NCBI GenBank assembly: GCA_964464605.1
Contig: CAYXJN010000001.1
Span: forward strand, 379,068-443,067
Length of the DNA stretch: 64,000 bases
Source: an uncultured Ignavibacteriales bacterium
Lineage (GTDB): Bacteria; Zixibacteria; MSB-5A5; GN15; FEB-12
Direction of reading: 5' to 3'
Shown: positions 8,416 through 18,562 of the stretch, in pieces
Numbering within the stretch: the first letter of the stretch is position 1
Layout of the letters: every line of letters begins with the position of its first letter
Notes under the pieces: generated by a model
What the model was told of the DNA's origin: nothing
The model's input: only the letters and a program-made list of their open reading frames with translations
The model's database searches: none
Translations under genes and position numbers: made by a program

Positions 8416-9599
8416 TGGATGAACATCTGAAAAACAAGAAATTCGAAACGCGGGCGATTCATGCTGGCCGTGTCGATGGAGATGAAACCGGTTCGGTCAC
8501 GACGCCGATTTATCCCAGCTCGACCTATCGCGTCAAATTTCCGGGTGATGAATCCGGGTATGTCTACTCCCGCTGGTCAAACCCGACTCGCGGTGCGCTG
8601 GAACGTGGGCTCGCTTCCGTTGAAAGCGGCAGTCATGCCTATGCCTTTTCATCCGGACTTGCTGCTTTGAATGCAGTGCTCCATTTGTTAAAGCCGGGTG
8701 ACCATATAGTTTCCGGTGATGACCTCTATGGCGGCACGATGCGCCAGTTCGAGCGCGTCATGCGGAAATTCAATCTCGATTTCAGTTATGTCGATGGTCG
8801 TGATGTCGAAAACTTCGAGCGCGCCCGCAAGCCCAATACAAAACTGTTTTGGATAGAAACGCCGTCGAATCCGCTGATGCATTTAACCGATATCGAAGCG
8901 GTTTCAGCCATCGGTAAAAAGCATGGCATTTTAACCGGCGTCGATAACACGTTTGCCTCGCCGTATATCCAGCGTCCGCTGGAACTGGGTGCGGATATTG
9001 TGCTGCATTCGATGACCAAATATATCGCCGGACACTCCGATATGGTCGCTGGTGCCTTGATCGTGAACGACAAAGCGCTCGCCGAACAGTTGCATTTTCA
9101 TCAATACGCTATTGGTGGTCAGTTGGGTCCGCAGGAATCATGGCTCGCTTTACGCGGGTTGAAAACCCTGCATGTACGGATGGAACGGCATTCGGTCAAC
9201 GCGATGAAGATTGTCGAATACTTAGAAACAGTCGATTTGGTGAAACAGATATTCTTCCCCGGTCAGGATGGCCGCAAGGTGCCGAACAAGATGTCTATGC
9301 CGGGAGGAATGCTCTCTTTCACGCTTGATGCCCCTTTCGATGCAGTGAAGGCCTTCTGCACGGCGACGGAAGTGTTCGTGCTGGCGGAATCACTCGGCGG
9401 AGTGGAATCGCTGATTAACCATCCGGCTGCTATGACGCACGCATCTATTCCCAAGGAAATCCGGGAAGCGCGCGGAATCGGCGATGGGTTGGTTCGTTTG
9501 TCGGTCGGTATCGAGCATATCGACGATCTGTTGATCGATTTGCGCCATGCGTTCGATGTGGTGCGAAAAGAGATGCGTAAATCGCACTCTCATTCCTAA
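8415..9599 (+). CDS. cystathionine gamma-lyase/synthase (Cys/Met metabolism PLP enzyme, MccB/MetB-like)
   Basis: YSRWSNPT, DLYGGT, IETPSNP, VDNTFASP, HSMTKYIAGHSD, AESLGGVES, RLSVGIE; TAATG coupling to the upstream gene. Confidence 0.9.
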   Translation: MDEHLKNKKFETRAIHAGRVDGDETGSVTTPIYPSSTYRVKFPGDESGYVYSRWSNPTRGALERGLASVESGSHAYAFSSGLAALNAVLHLLKPGDHIVSGDDLYGGTMRQFERVMRKFNLDFSYVDGRDVENFERARKPNTKLFWIETPSNPLMHLTDIEAVSAIGKKHGILTGVDNTFASPYIQRPLELGADIVLHSMTKYIAGHSDMVAGALIVNDKALAEQLHFHQYAIGGQLGPQESWLALRGLKTLHVRMERHSVNAMKIVEYLETVDLVKQIFFPGQDGRKVPNKMSMPGGMLSFTLDAPFDAVKAFCTATEVFVLAESLGGVESLINHPAAMTHASIPKEIREARGIGDGLVRLSVGIEHIDDLLIDLRHAFDVVRKEMRKSHSHS

Positions 9600-9735
9600 T
9601 TTACTTGCAATAATTCTGCTCCCGAGGTAACGCTCGGGAGCATTTAATCATACTTCTCTTCTTATTTCTTATCGACAGCGGATGCGAGTGGAAACCGCGC
9701 GTCTTGTCGTCACCTTGTCCGGTTCCGAGGTAGCA

Positions 9736-10575
9736 ATGAAAAAGCCACAGTTCGATCCGGTAGCGCTTGCCTATGCCAAACAGGTAGTGCCGCGCCGACT
9801 CCCGCAATTTTTAACTCTGACACATCGTCTTGATTTAGCCGGACATGAGCAGGTGCTTGATGTCGGCTCCGGACCGGGGCATTTATCGTTACAAATTGCC
9901 GATCGCCTGAAAGCGGGTGGGTCGGTGCATGGGATCGATATCGCTCCCAACATGGTGCGGATGGCCAAGCGGATGGCTGTACTGCACGGGAAACACAACA
10001 CGTTTTTCCGCACCGGTACGGCAACTGCGCTGCCGTATCAAGAAGAAAGTTTTGCGGTAGTTGTTTCCTCTAATGCCTTCCCCTGGGTGCCGGAGCGACA
10101 GCAATTTTTGAGTGAAGTGTTTCGCGTACTAAAACCGGCAGGGCGTTTGGCGCTCGTGACGGTGTCGAACAGATGTTATAAGGAGTTTGCCATGGCCTTC
10201 AAGCAGGTCGCGCTGGCTAATCCGAAGCTGTTTCCGGATACAAAGCCATTCCGTATGCTCGGTTCCAAAGGGCACACGCTCGATGAAGTGAACGCGCTCG
10301 TTCGCAAAACCGGATTCACGGTGACCGAAAGTTTTCTGCTAACAACGGAAGAACCAATTAGCCCTGAAGAGTATTGGGTGCGGGTCAATGCGATTATGAA
10401 TGAGAATTTTCTTAACCATTTGTCAGGTGAGAAACACAAAAAAGCGAAGGCGTTATTGTTTGCTGCTCTGGCGAAAGCCGGAAAGCGGTTGAAGATTACT
10501 GAGTCGTTCTGTTTTGTATTTGCGTCGAAGCCGGTTGTGAGATCACAATCGAAAGTTTATCGACATGCGAGTTAA
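9736..10575 (+). CDS. class I SAM-dependent methyltransferase
   Basis: VLDVGSGPG, GIDIAPNM, LPY..SF, RVLKPAGRL; GAGG RBS before ATG 9736. Confidence 0.85.
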   Translation: MKKPQFDPVALAYAKQVVPRRLPQFLTLTHRLDLAGHEQVLDVGSGPGHLSLQIADRLKAGGSVHGIDIAPNMVRMAKRMAVLHGKHNTFFRTGTATALPYQEESFAVVVSSNAFPWVPERQQFLSEVFRVLKPAGRLALVTVSNRCYKEFAMAFKQVALANPKLFPDTKPFRMLGSKGHTLDEVNALVRKTGFTVTESFLLTTEEPISPEEYWVRVNAIMNENFLNHLSGEKHKKAKALLFAALAKAGKRLKITESFCFVFASKPVVRSQSKVYRHAS

Positions 10576-11303
10576 CTTTCGAGCCAGTCCCAGCGTTTGG
10601 CGACGGTGGTAATGTCGGTCACGACTACGGGATCGATGGCCGCGAATCCCTGACCATACTTACAGCCCGCTTGCATGCCATAGGAGCGGGCTCTTGCTTT
10701 TAGCAGGTCAATGTAATCGAGTTTCTTTTCCGGATTCAAAAACTGCGAGCGATGCGCGGACAAGGCAGCAACGTACTTGTCAAAGTGCGGGGTTATATCG
10801 ACGATGAATGTCGGACTAACGCCGTGCGGCAGGAAGTAATGATAAATTCGCCGCGGCTGGTACGCCTCGCCCGGTATATCTGCTTTTTTGAGTGACGAAA
10901 GAAAGGCAGCATTTATCGTGATTTCACCGCAGGCGACATGGTCAGCGTGTGATTGCGCGCGTCCATGCCCGACTATCGGGTACGGTGTAAGAATAATTTT
11001 TGGTCTGGTTTGCCGGATGATTTTCCCTAACTCCAAACGGCGTTCGTAGGTGTCGAATAATTTGGTATCTCCCCAGTCGAGATTGACGATGATATCTACC
11101 CCCATTATTCCGGCCGCTTCTTTGAGCTCTTCCGCCCGTATTTCCGGTGTACCGCCCGTTCCCATTTCCCCTTGGGTCAGAATAACAATTCCGACTTTTT
11201 TTCCGCGAGAGGCGGCATCGATCAATACCCCAGCGCAGCCGACTTCAACATCGTCCGGATGCGGTCCGATAGCAATGAGATCATAGTCTGTTTTGGTAGA
11301 CAC
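10572..11303 (-). CDS. bshB1: PIG-L family deacetylase, bacillithiol biosynthesis BshB1-like
   Basis: GPHPDDVEVGCAG, LTQGEMGTGGTPEIR, HADH, AHRSQF; GTG 11303 likely start. Confidence 0.8.
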   Translation of the reverse strand: MSTKTDYDLIAIGPHPDDVEVGCAGVLIDAASRGKKVGIVILTQGEMGTGGTPEIRAEELKEAAGIMGVDIIVNLDWGDTKLFDTYERRLELGKIIRQTRPKIILTPYPIVGHGRAQSHADHVACGEITINAAFLSSLKKADIPGEAYQPRRIYHYFLPHGVSPTFIVDITPHFDKYVAALSAHRSQFLNPEKKLDYIDLLKARARSYGMQAGCKYGQGFAAIDPVVVTDITTVAKRWDWLES

Positions 11304-11318
11304 GAATAAGATAATATG

Positions 11319-11353
11319 AAAAAAGCCCGGATGACGCAAATCATCCGGGCTTT
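11319..11353 (-). terminator. intrinsic terminator
   Basis: GCCCGGATGA/TCATCCGGGC stem with A6 on its left (U-tract on minus strand). Confidence 0.8.
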
Positions 11354-11374
11354 GGTATGTCTTGTGAAAATGAA

Positions 11375-12691
11375 TTACTGATTAAAATTCGCGTTATGGA
11401 AAATCAGCATTTCTTTCAGCAGGTCGTACGTATACTCGTCGGTTACTGCCGGAAGCTCCGGTGTACCGTGATACTCGAACTCGGTAATATTGGCGCCGAG
11501 GTTGTATGGCGCCCCACTAAGCGTTGCAATCCATGACTGGGTCATCTGGTAATAGGTGAATTCGCTTTCATGCGAGGTGCCGAACCATAACTTGGTATTA
11601 TCAAGTGCATCCGGATTCGCCTGCAACAGACGGTCAGGGCTGTTCGGCAGCCAGAAACCATTCCAAATCGGGGCGTGAATATTACCGTTAACGGTAAACG
11701 GCAGGTGTGAATATCCGAAATTCAGTGTCTGTCCTGAGCAGGAACGATACGTTTGTATGAACACGCCGGTCAGCAATGAAGATGGGTCGTTAATGGTCTG
11801 GGTACATACGCTGTCGACAAGGATGTCATCATTCGGGTCCGGTCCGGCCGGAGCGCGGTCAACGATTCGGGTATACGCAACGGCGCTGGTGTCATGCGGT
11901 GAAAATGCCAATGATCCGCCGATAAACAATTTCGAAAGCCGCCAATTGCTGAACCCGTTTCCGGAATCAAACAAACTCAGATAATTCGGATTGCCGGCTA
12001 AGCCTTGCTCATTGAGCGCCTGGCTAAACAGCGGAACCAGTCCGCCGTTACCGGTTGCGCCGTCAAAATCAAGCGGACCGTCGGTCACCGAAACTGAAGA
12101 GTACAGGTCAGAATGTAAAATCGAAGCGCGAACTGCTCCGTAGCCACCCAGACCAAGTCCGCCGATACCGCGTTTGGAAGCAAGCGGGCTGAAGAATCCG
12201 GGATAGATAAAATTGAAATAGTTAATGAGTGAATCGCCTAACAGCGCGTCATAGTTGCCGGCTGCCGGGTTGGTGCCGCCGGCGAAAATACCGCCTAAGA
12301 ACGGCGCATTGCTTAAACAGGCGATTGCCATCGGTTGAATCGTTCCGTTGGAAATCAATTCGTTGGCAACCTGTTCAAGACCGTGATCGAAATAGAACAA
12401 ATGGTCGCCGCCTTGCGGAGGAAGCAAAACGAGTAAAGGAATTTGTCCTGACGGCGTACCGCTGATATGGGTGTGCGGTAGATAAATTTCAATTGGCATC
12501 AACTGAAACTGATTATTCAATTGTAACAGCAGTTCGTTGTAGAATACATGCTGCTGATGCGCCTGTGCGCCTGCTTTGATATTTGTTCTGGTGACATTCG
12601 TCGCGCGTTCGCTGCAACTCAGAAGCGAGAGTGCCAGTGCGGAGATCGCGGCGATCAACAGAACGCGTATGTGTTGATATATGGTGTTCAT
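11375..12691 (-). CDS. lipoprotein with esterase (antigen-85/Fes-like alpha/beta hydrolase) fold, nucleophile Ser replaced by Gly
   Basis: Lipobox LLSC; IYLP...PLLVLL; RGIGGLGLGGYGA in place of GxSxGGYGA. Confidence 0.7.
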   Translation of the reverse strand: MNTIYQHIRVLLIAAISALALSLLSCSERATNVTRTNIKAGAQAHQQHVFYNELLLQLNNQFQLMPIEIYLPHTHISGTPSGQIPLLVLLPPQGGDHLFYFDHGLEQVANELISNGTIQPMAIACLSNAPFLGGIFAGGTNPAAGNYDALLGDSLINYFNFIYPGFFSPLASKRGIGGLGLGGYGAVRASILHSDLYSSVSVTDGPLDFDGATGNGGLVPLFSQALNEQGLAGNPNYLSLFDSGNGFSNWRLSKLFIGGSLAFSPHDTSAVAYTRIVDRAPAGPDPNDDILVDSVCTQTINDPSSLLTGVFIQTYRSCSGQTLNFGYSHLPFTVNGNIHAPIWNGFWLPNSPDRLLQANPDALDNTKLWFGTSHESEFTYYQMTQSWIATLSGAPYNLGANITEFEYHGTPELPAVTDEYTYDLLKEMLIFHNANFNQ

Positions 12692-12705
12692 CGATGCGCT
12701 CCTTC

Positions 12706-14193
12706 TCAGAACCGGTAATTAACCGATAGAACAGTTTCGTATTGCTGGGCTTCATACAAACCGGGGAAATTGTCATAGACATTGTCGCCGTTTTGATCTT
12801 CAAGAGTTCTGACTGTCTGGTCACCGTAGCAGGTGAAACCAGTGGCAAAGCCCAAGTCCCATTGCTTGATATGTGCGAGTCCGCCGATGCGGAAGCTGTA
12901 TTTCGTACCGGGGTCCATCAAAACCGGAGTCATGAAACGGCCGTCTCGAGAGGGTGTCTGGTCAACAGACGCGCCGCCTATCGCGATTAAAGCCGGGATG
13001 ATTTTGTATTGCAGCCCCAACATCGCTTTACCTGCGCCGGTCCATTCAACGTTTACCGACTGATCGGCCGTAAAGAAATCTCGTGCTATCGCAGAATCGC
13101 CGGCCGCTCCGTCAAGGTTGTGGTGGTTGCTGTACAGAAATTCAAACCCTTCGAATTTCTGCCAGAAAGTCCATTCCGCATCGGCGGTAACGGTAAGCTT
13201 TTCAGTCGGCATAAAAGCAAAGCCGATACCAACTGAGGCGGGCAATTGTAGCTTGGTTTCGAAGTCTGCAGAATCGATAATCGTTTTACCGGCAACGAAC
13301 AGGTTTTTCACTGTTCCCAGTGCATAATTCGGGTCACCCATCAAGGTGCGAATGTAGGGCATGTAAAACTGATTAGCTGTTTTTCCGGAAATCGTCATTT
13401 CAAACGGAACACGCGCCGTGAATGCGAGATTCATTTTTGGATTCAGTTTGTACAGCGCGCCGGCGTTAATTCCAAATCCCCATCCGTTACCGTTGTTACG
13501 GCTGATTTGGGTGATACGATCATTCGGGCGGGAGGCCTCAGGCGCGCTCGGGTCACGAGCAATCAATGGATTGGAGCGGAAAATAGTGTTGTGAAACAAC
13601 AAATCTGCGCGCATCAGTTGTAAGCCGAGTCCGAGCGCTAATTTTCCTTCTTGAAATTCACGGGCTGCCGTTGCCTGAAAGACGACCACGTCGAGATTAT
13701 TGCGATACTGGTCGTTAGGCAGAAAGACGCTGTCGTTGTAGGCATCCAATGGACTATATAAACGCCAGGTTAAATTGTAATCAAAACTTTGATAGGCGGA
13801 AAGACCGACCACCGTTTCGCCCCACCAGGGCATCCGCACGATAAAACCGGCGGAGGGGTAATCAAGCACCTGATCCTTATTGTAATTTTCGATATCGTTA
13901 TAGACACCGTTTTCATAGCCGCTAAAGCGGTAATTCGGGGTCAGGGTGTTACGGTAGCTATAGAAATGCCATGCACCACCCAACTGATTGTCGGGAATGA
14001 ATGCATAACCCGCCGGGTTATAGTAGGCAGCCGTCCAGTCGTTAGCGAGCGCGCGAAACGCACCGCCCATAGCCCGTGCCTGCGAGCCGACTCCGGTCGC
14101 CTCGAATCCACTGGCAAAGCTCAGCGAAACGGCGCACACAACAGTAACCGAAACGCGCAGGATCATTTTCGCAAGGGTCATTCTGGTCTCCAT
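12706..14193 (-). CDS. FadL/OmpP1-family outer-membrane transporter
   Basis: Signal peptide; GF..TGVGSQARAMGGAF..DWTAAYYNPAG; C-terminal YRF. Confidence 0.85.
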   Translation of the reverse strand: METRMTLAKMILRVSVTVVCAVSLSFASGFEATGVGSQARAMGGAFRALANDWTAAYYNPAGYAFIPDNQLGGAWHFYSYRNTLTPNYRFSGYENGVYNDIENYNKDQVLDYPSAGFIVRMPWWGETVVGLSAYQSFDYNLTWRLYSPLDAYNDSVFLPNDQYRNNLDVVVFQATAAREFQEGKLALGLGLQLMRADLLFHNTIFRSNPLIARDPSAPEASRPNDRITQISRNNGNGWGFGINAGALYKLNPKMNLAFTARVPFEMTISGKTANQFYMPYIRTLMGDPNYALGTVKNLFVAGKTIIDSADFETKLQLPASVGIGFAFMPTEKLTVTADAEWTFWQKFEGFEFLYSNHHNLDGAAGDSAIARDFFTADQSVNVEWTGAGKAMLGLQYKIIPALIAIGGASVDQTPSRDGRFMTPVLMDPGTKYSFRIGGLAHIKQWDLGFATGFTCYGDQTVRTLEDQNGDNVYDNFPGLYEAQQYETVLSVNYRF

Positions 14194-14340
14194 ACAAGCA
14201 AGTCGTTATTCAGCCTTACACATGTTTAGGCACCCCGCGCTACATCCATACTGCCTGTTTGCGACGACGAGCCATCTTCTCTTGTCAGGGGTGAATTATC
14301 CGTCACCACCATCATCATCAGGTTCAAAAACTAAACCGCA

Positions 14341-14369
14341 AGTCTATGTCGGGCTGGGCGAAATGTCAA
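14341..14369 (-). promoter_or_regulatory. putative sigma70 promoter for the FadL-like operon
   Basis: Minus strand TTGACA-17nt-TAGACT. Confidence 0.6.
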
Positions 14370-14792
14370 GAAGCCGAATCTTAATTCAATGCAAACCTTT
14401 CCCGACTAAGACACTGCCGGACAAAACAGTACCCGGTCTGTATGACGTGGAAACATATCGCTTTGTCCAATGGGCCAACGACGACACTTGAAAAACTTAC
14501 TAAAAGTAAAACGGTATGTACGAAATGCAGTTACGAAGAATGCAGAAGCGCGATCAGCGAACCGGTGAAACTCAGGTTTGAAAAACGATCGCGGAAAAAC
14601 ATTCCGAACGTAACAGGAAAAGGATACCGATCTTCTTACTTTTTGCTTCAGATTTCAAATCGAACTGCTTCGCTATCACGTTTCCTGTCATGCGATTAGC
14701 GAAGTCTGTTTCATTTTGGCATCGGCCTTGCAATAGGGATTGCCGAGCGCATCAGGAAGTGCGCGAAACGGCATACCAGAGGAAGGTTAGAT

Positions 14793-17153
14793 ATGCGAAA
14801 GTTTTTTTCATTTTTACTGATACTGGTCATTGTACTGGTATCACTCAACTGGTTCAGGGTGGTGAAGGCACAGGATGCCTCTTCGCTCACCGAGGAACAA
14901 AAACAGGCAATCGCCAAAGCGATCCAAAAAAAGGCGCCGGTTCCGGAAGAACAGGGGAAATACAAAACTCCCGATGCGTTCTCCCAGCAGCCGCCGCAGC
15001 AAAAGACACAGCTACAGCCGGGACAGAATCAGCTTCCGAGCAATACTGATTCTACCGTTCGCTTCTTAGCGCCAACAAAAGCGGAGACAAATGAACTGCC
15101 GGACTTTTCCGAACTCAAACCGTTCGGCATGGAACTTTTTAGCGGCACCGAAGAAACAGCGCCGCCGGTTGATATGGCGGCAGCGTCCGATTATCTGCTT
15201 GGCCCCGGCGATAATGTCCTTATTTATGTCTGGGGACGCGCGGAAAAAGAATTCGATCTGACCATCGATCGTGAAGGAAAAATATTTATTCCCCGGCTCG
15301 GTGAAATCGTCGCGTGGGGGTTAACGGTCGAACAGTTCACCGAAAAAGTAAAACATCAGCTTTCAAAAACATATTCAGAGTCGGATGTCACCGTTTCGCT
15401 CGGTAAAATCCGCACCATTCGCGTGTATGTTACCGGCGAAGTGAAGCGCCCGGGCGCCTACACCGTTACGTCACTGACATCATTGTTCAATGCTATTTAT
15501 GTTGCTGGCGGTCCGAATGAACGCGGTTCAATGCGCAGTATTCGTCTTATGCGCAATGGGAAACTGAAATCAGAAGTTGATCTCTATCAGTTATTGCTTC
15601 GCGGTGACAATTCTACCGATGCCCGTTTGGAAACCGGTGATGTCGTATTTGTCCCGGTATCTGAAATGCGCGTTGCTGTTCGCGGAGAAGTGAAACGTCC
15701 CGCTATTTATGAATTAAAGGGAGACGAATGCGTTCTTGATCTGCTTGCTTTAGCCGGTCAGCCGACTCCGGAAGCATATTTAGAGCGGGTGATGCTCGAG
15801 CGCGTCAGCAATCAAAAGGAATGGACCGTCCGAGATTTAAAATTAGATAACGGCTCATCCACCCTACCTGATAATAACGTTTCGATGCAGGACGGTGATC
15901 GTGTTACTGTCTATTCAATTTTTGATATGCGTAAGCAGATGGTTTCCGTGTTCGGAATGGTGCAGCATCCCGGTGTGTATGAACGCACCGATTCTACCCG
16001 TGTCTGTGACTTGCTTCTGCGGGCACAGCTTCAGCCGTATGATGTCTACTACGACCGTGCCGATTTATTCCGCACCCATCCGGACAGACGGATGGAAGTT
16101 ATCCCAGTTGATTTGAAATTAGCGCTGCAAGAAAATTCGACGGATAACTATCTGTTATCGGATCGTGACTCTTTGCATGTGTATTCAATTGTCGATGTCC
16201 GTCGTGACAAATTCGTAACCGTCGAAGGGGAAGTGGAACGTCCCGGCCGTTATCCGATGTACGATGGCATGACCACTCACGATCTGATATTTTTAGCAGG
16301 ATCATTCACTCGTGCTGCCGATCAAAGTTTTGCCGAACTCGCACGGTTGGATTCGCTTGGTAATGTCCGCTTGATGCAGATAAATATGACGGACACTGCC
16401 CAGCGCGTGATTTTACAGGGAGAAGATCAGTTATTTATCCGCAGAATCGCCGACTGGGAAACGGATCGACTTATCACACTCGAAGGGGAGTTTACCTATC
16501 CGGGTCAGTACACGCTATCATCGCAAAATGAAAATTTGTTCCAGCTATTACAGCGTGCCGGTGGATTTACCGCTAACGCATTCCCTGCCGGCTTAGTGCT
16601 TACCCGTAAGAGTATCAGCAAGAGTCTTGAACGGGCGCAGATAACCGAAATGATGAAACGTTCGCAAACCTTAGTGCGCGATACGCTCGGACGGATTCAG
16701 CAGGAGGAAATGTTTAATCTGAATCTGAATTCGATGGAGCGAATCATTCTTGATGTCAACCGCCTGGTAAGGACGGAGGGTCGGGAAGGGAATATCGTGT
16801 TACAACCGGGGGATCATCTGTTCGTGCCTGCTACTCCTTCCGGTATTCCGGTCATGGGTGCGGTGAGTTCGAACGGAACGATTCAGCATATTCCGGGCAA
16901 AAAAGTTAAGTTTTATGTCGAGCGTGCCGGTGATTTCACCCGCCAATCGGATAAGAAACAGACCCGGCTCATTCGCGCTTCCGGCGAAGTGTTATCCGGT
17001 TCCGGTGTGTTGAATCGGAAAGTGCAGTTGGGTGACGTTATCGTCGTCCCGACTCGTATCGAGAAAGATCATAATTGGCTGAAAACAGTTACTACCGCGC
17101 TTGGCGCCGCCACCGGTGTGCTGACTTCAGTCTATATCATAAGTAACCTCTAA
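14793..17153 (+). CDS. polysaccharide export protein with multiple SLBB domains (Wza/KpsD-like)
   Basis: DYLLGPGD Poly_export motif; repeated V.GEV.RPG.Y and L.GD.V.VP SLBB motifs. Confidence 0.9.
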   Translation: MRKFFSFLLILVIVLVSLNWFRVVKAQDASSLTEEQKQAIAKAIQKKAPVPEEQGKYKTPDAFSQQPPQQKTQLQPGQNQLPSNTDSTVRFLAPTKAETNELPDFSELKPFGMELFSGTEETAPPVDMAAASDYLLGPGDNVLIYVWGRAEKEFDLTIDREGKIFIPRLGEIVAWGLTVEQFTEKVKHQLSKTYSESDVTVSLGKIRTIRVYVTGEVKRPGAYTVTSLTSLFNAIYVAGGPNERGSMRSIRLMRNGKLKSEVDLYQLLLRGDNSTDARLETGDVVFVPVSEMRVAVRGEVKRPAIYELKGDECVLDLLALAGQPTPEAYLERVMLERVSNQKEWTVRDLKLDNGSSTLPDNNVSMQDGDRVTVYSIFDMRKQMVSVFGMVQHPGVYERTDSTRVCDLLLRAQLQPYDVYYDRADLFRTHPDRRMEVIPVDLKLALQENSTDNYLLSDRDSLHVYSIVDVRRDKFVTVEGEVERPGRYPMYDGMTTHDLIFLAGSFTRAADQSFAELARLDSLGNVRLMQINMTDTAQRVILQGEDQLFIRRIADWETDRLITLEGEFTYPGQYTLSSQNENLFQLLQRAGGFTANAFPAGLVLTRKSISKSLERAQITEMMKRSQTLVRDTLGRIQQEEMFNLNLNSMERIILDVNRLVRTEGREGNIVLQPGDHLFVPATPSGIPVMGAVSSNGTIQHIPGKKVKFYVERAGDFTRQSDKKQTRLIRASGEVLSGSGVLNRKVQLGDVIVVPTRIEKDHNWLKTVTTALGAATGVLTSVYIISNL

Positions 17154-17212
17154 CAGGAATATCAAAGTCAGAGCAGATCTGCTTTGATATCGCTTGTCAT
17201 ACCTTCCTGCCG

Positions 17213-17244
17213 ACCGCCGGAGCGAAATCTCCGGCGGTTTTTTT
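17213..17244 (+). terminator. intrinsic terminator
   Basis: ACCGCCGGAG/CTCCGGCGGT stem then T-run. Confidence 0.85.
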
Positions 17245-17503
17245 GTGGGCGAAATCGCTTCGGAAGAGAATTCCAATCAAGTCGGAACATTGTTTCCATC
17301 GCATTGGAAAATAGCCCATCGCATCGCATCGGCCGCCACCGCATCGCATTGTATAGTAATAGCTTACAAGATTGTCCGAATATCGCACAGCGCGGCATCC
17401 GCTTTGCAATTCCGATTACAAGAAAAACTGTAGACGTGCGGGCTGGCACAGGGATTGTGCCGGCATAACCGCACGGTGCCGAGTATAGGAAAGGATAACT
17501 CCG

Positions 17504-18562
17504 ATGTCACAAAAGACCGCAATGATGCCCAATCCGGTCGGGACACTGGCCGCGCAGATAGCATCGCACCATGACATTCTCCCCCACCAGATCATTCCCT
17601 TTTTTGAGTTTACCGATGCCGTCACCTTTTTTTGCACCAACTGCGCGCCGCCGCGTGCTTCGTTCTGGTCAGTAGGCCATTCTTTTCCGGATTTAGAAAT
17701 CGCGTTAGATCGCGCCGGAATGCGGCCTAAAGAAATTTTAGGCGCATCACCATTCAGCGGCGATATCACCGCGCTTGCCAACCAGCCGATTCAACCGACC
17801 GATATTTTGTGGGTGTCGAACCCGAACCGGATTACCGGCGCGCATTATTCACTCAGTGAACTTGAGCGGATGGCCGAGATGGTGCCGAGCGGGCTGTTGG
17901 TTGTCGATGAGCACTATCATGAGTATTTCGGAATCAACGCTGCGCCGCTTTTAACCCGTTACAACAATGTCGTGCTGATTCGTCCGATTGATTGTTCAGT
18001 CTCTTCAGCCGGATTTATCGCAACCGCCAATACCCAGGTGTATGAACAGCTGCAAGCGGGAGAACGCAAACTCGCTACTCCGGCACAGCAGCAGGCATTG
18101 CGGGCTTTGGCTTCGACTATGGAAGATTTACCGGAGCAGGTAGAGTTAGTACACGATGAGGCTTTGCGTCTTGCGCTTAAACTAAATCGTCTCGGTGTCC
18201 GCAGTTGGATTACCGCTACTAATTTTCTGCTGCTACGGTTTCCGGATGTTGCCGGTGCCGGTAACTATCTGGTTTCGCACCATGTCACAGTCGAAAACCT
18301 TTCCGGCTATCCGCAATTGACCGGGTATCTGCGTTACCGGATTCAATCACCTGCTGTCAATGATCGCTTGTTAGATGCGGTCAGCCGAATGCCGGAATCG
18401 CTCCGTACCAATCGCTCGCTCTCATTTTATGAACAGACTGCTTCCGCCATCGAAACCAAAGCCACCCGCACCAATCGTCTCGCCCAGTTGTTTGCAGATT
18501 CCAATTTAGCAGAGCAGATGTCGCGCGAAACGGTCTTCACCGCTGAGTCACGCCATGAATAA
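17504..18562 (+). CDS. HisC/CobD-like class I/II aminotransferase fold, degenerate
   Basis: WVSNPNRITG, VVDEHY, TNFLL motifs, but no RTFSK lysine motif. Confidence 0.65.
   Translation: MSQKTAMMPNPVGTLAAQIASHHDILPHQIIPFFEFTDAVTFFCTNCAPPRASFWSVGHSFPDLEIALDRAGMRPKEILGASPFSGDITALANQPIQPTDILWVSNPNRITGAHYSLSELERMAEMVPSGLLVVDEHYHEYFGINAAPLLTRYNNVVLIRPIDCSVSSAGFIATANTQVYEQLQAGERKLATPAQQQALRALASTMEDLPEQVELVHDEALRLALKLNRLGVRSWITATNFLLLRFPDVAGAGNYLVSHHVTVENLSGYPQLTGYLRYRIQSPAVNDRLLDAVSRMPESLRTNRSLSFYEQTASAIETKATRTNRLAQLFADSNLAEQMSRETVFTAESRHE

Noticed and set aside
14194..14792. ORFs 14222, 14442, 14690 or a riboswitch/ops element before the polysaccharide export gene
   Set aside because: ORFs lack RBS and motifs and overlap a divergent promoter region; no GGCGGTAG ops or known aptamer recognised; the hairpin near 14740-14775 could not be assigned.
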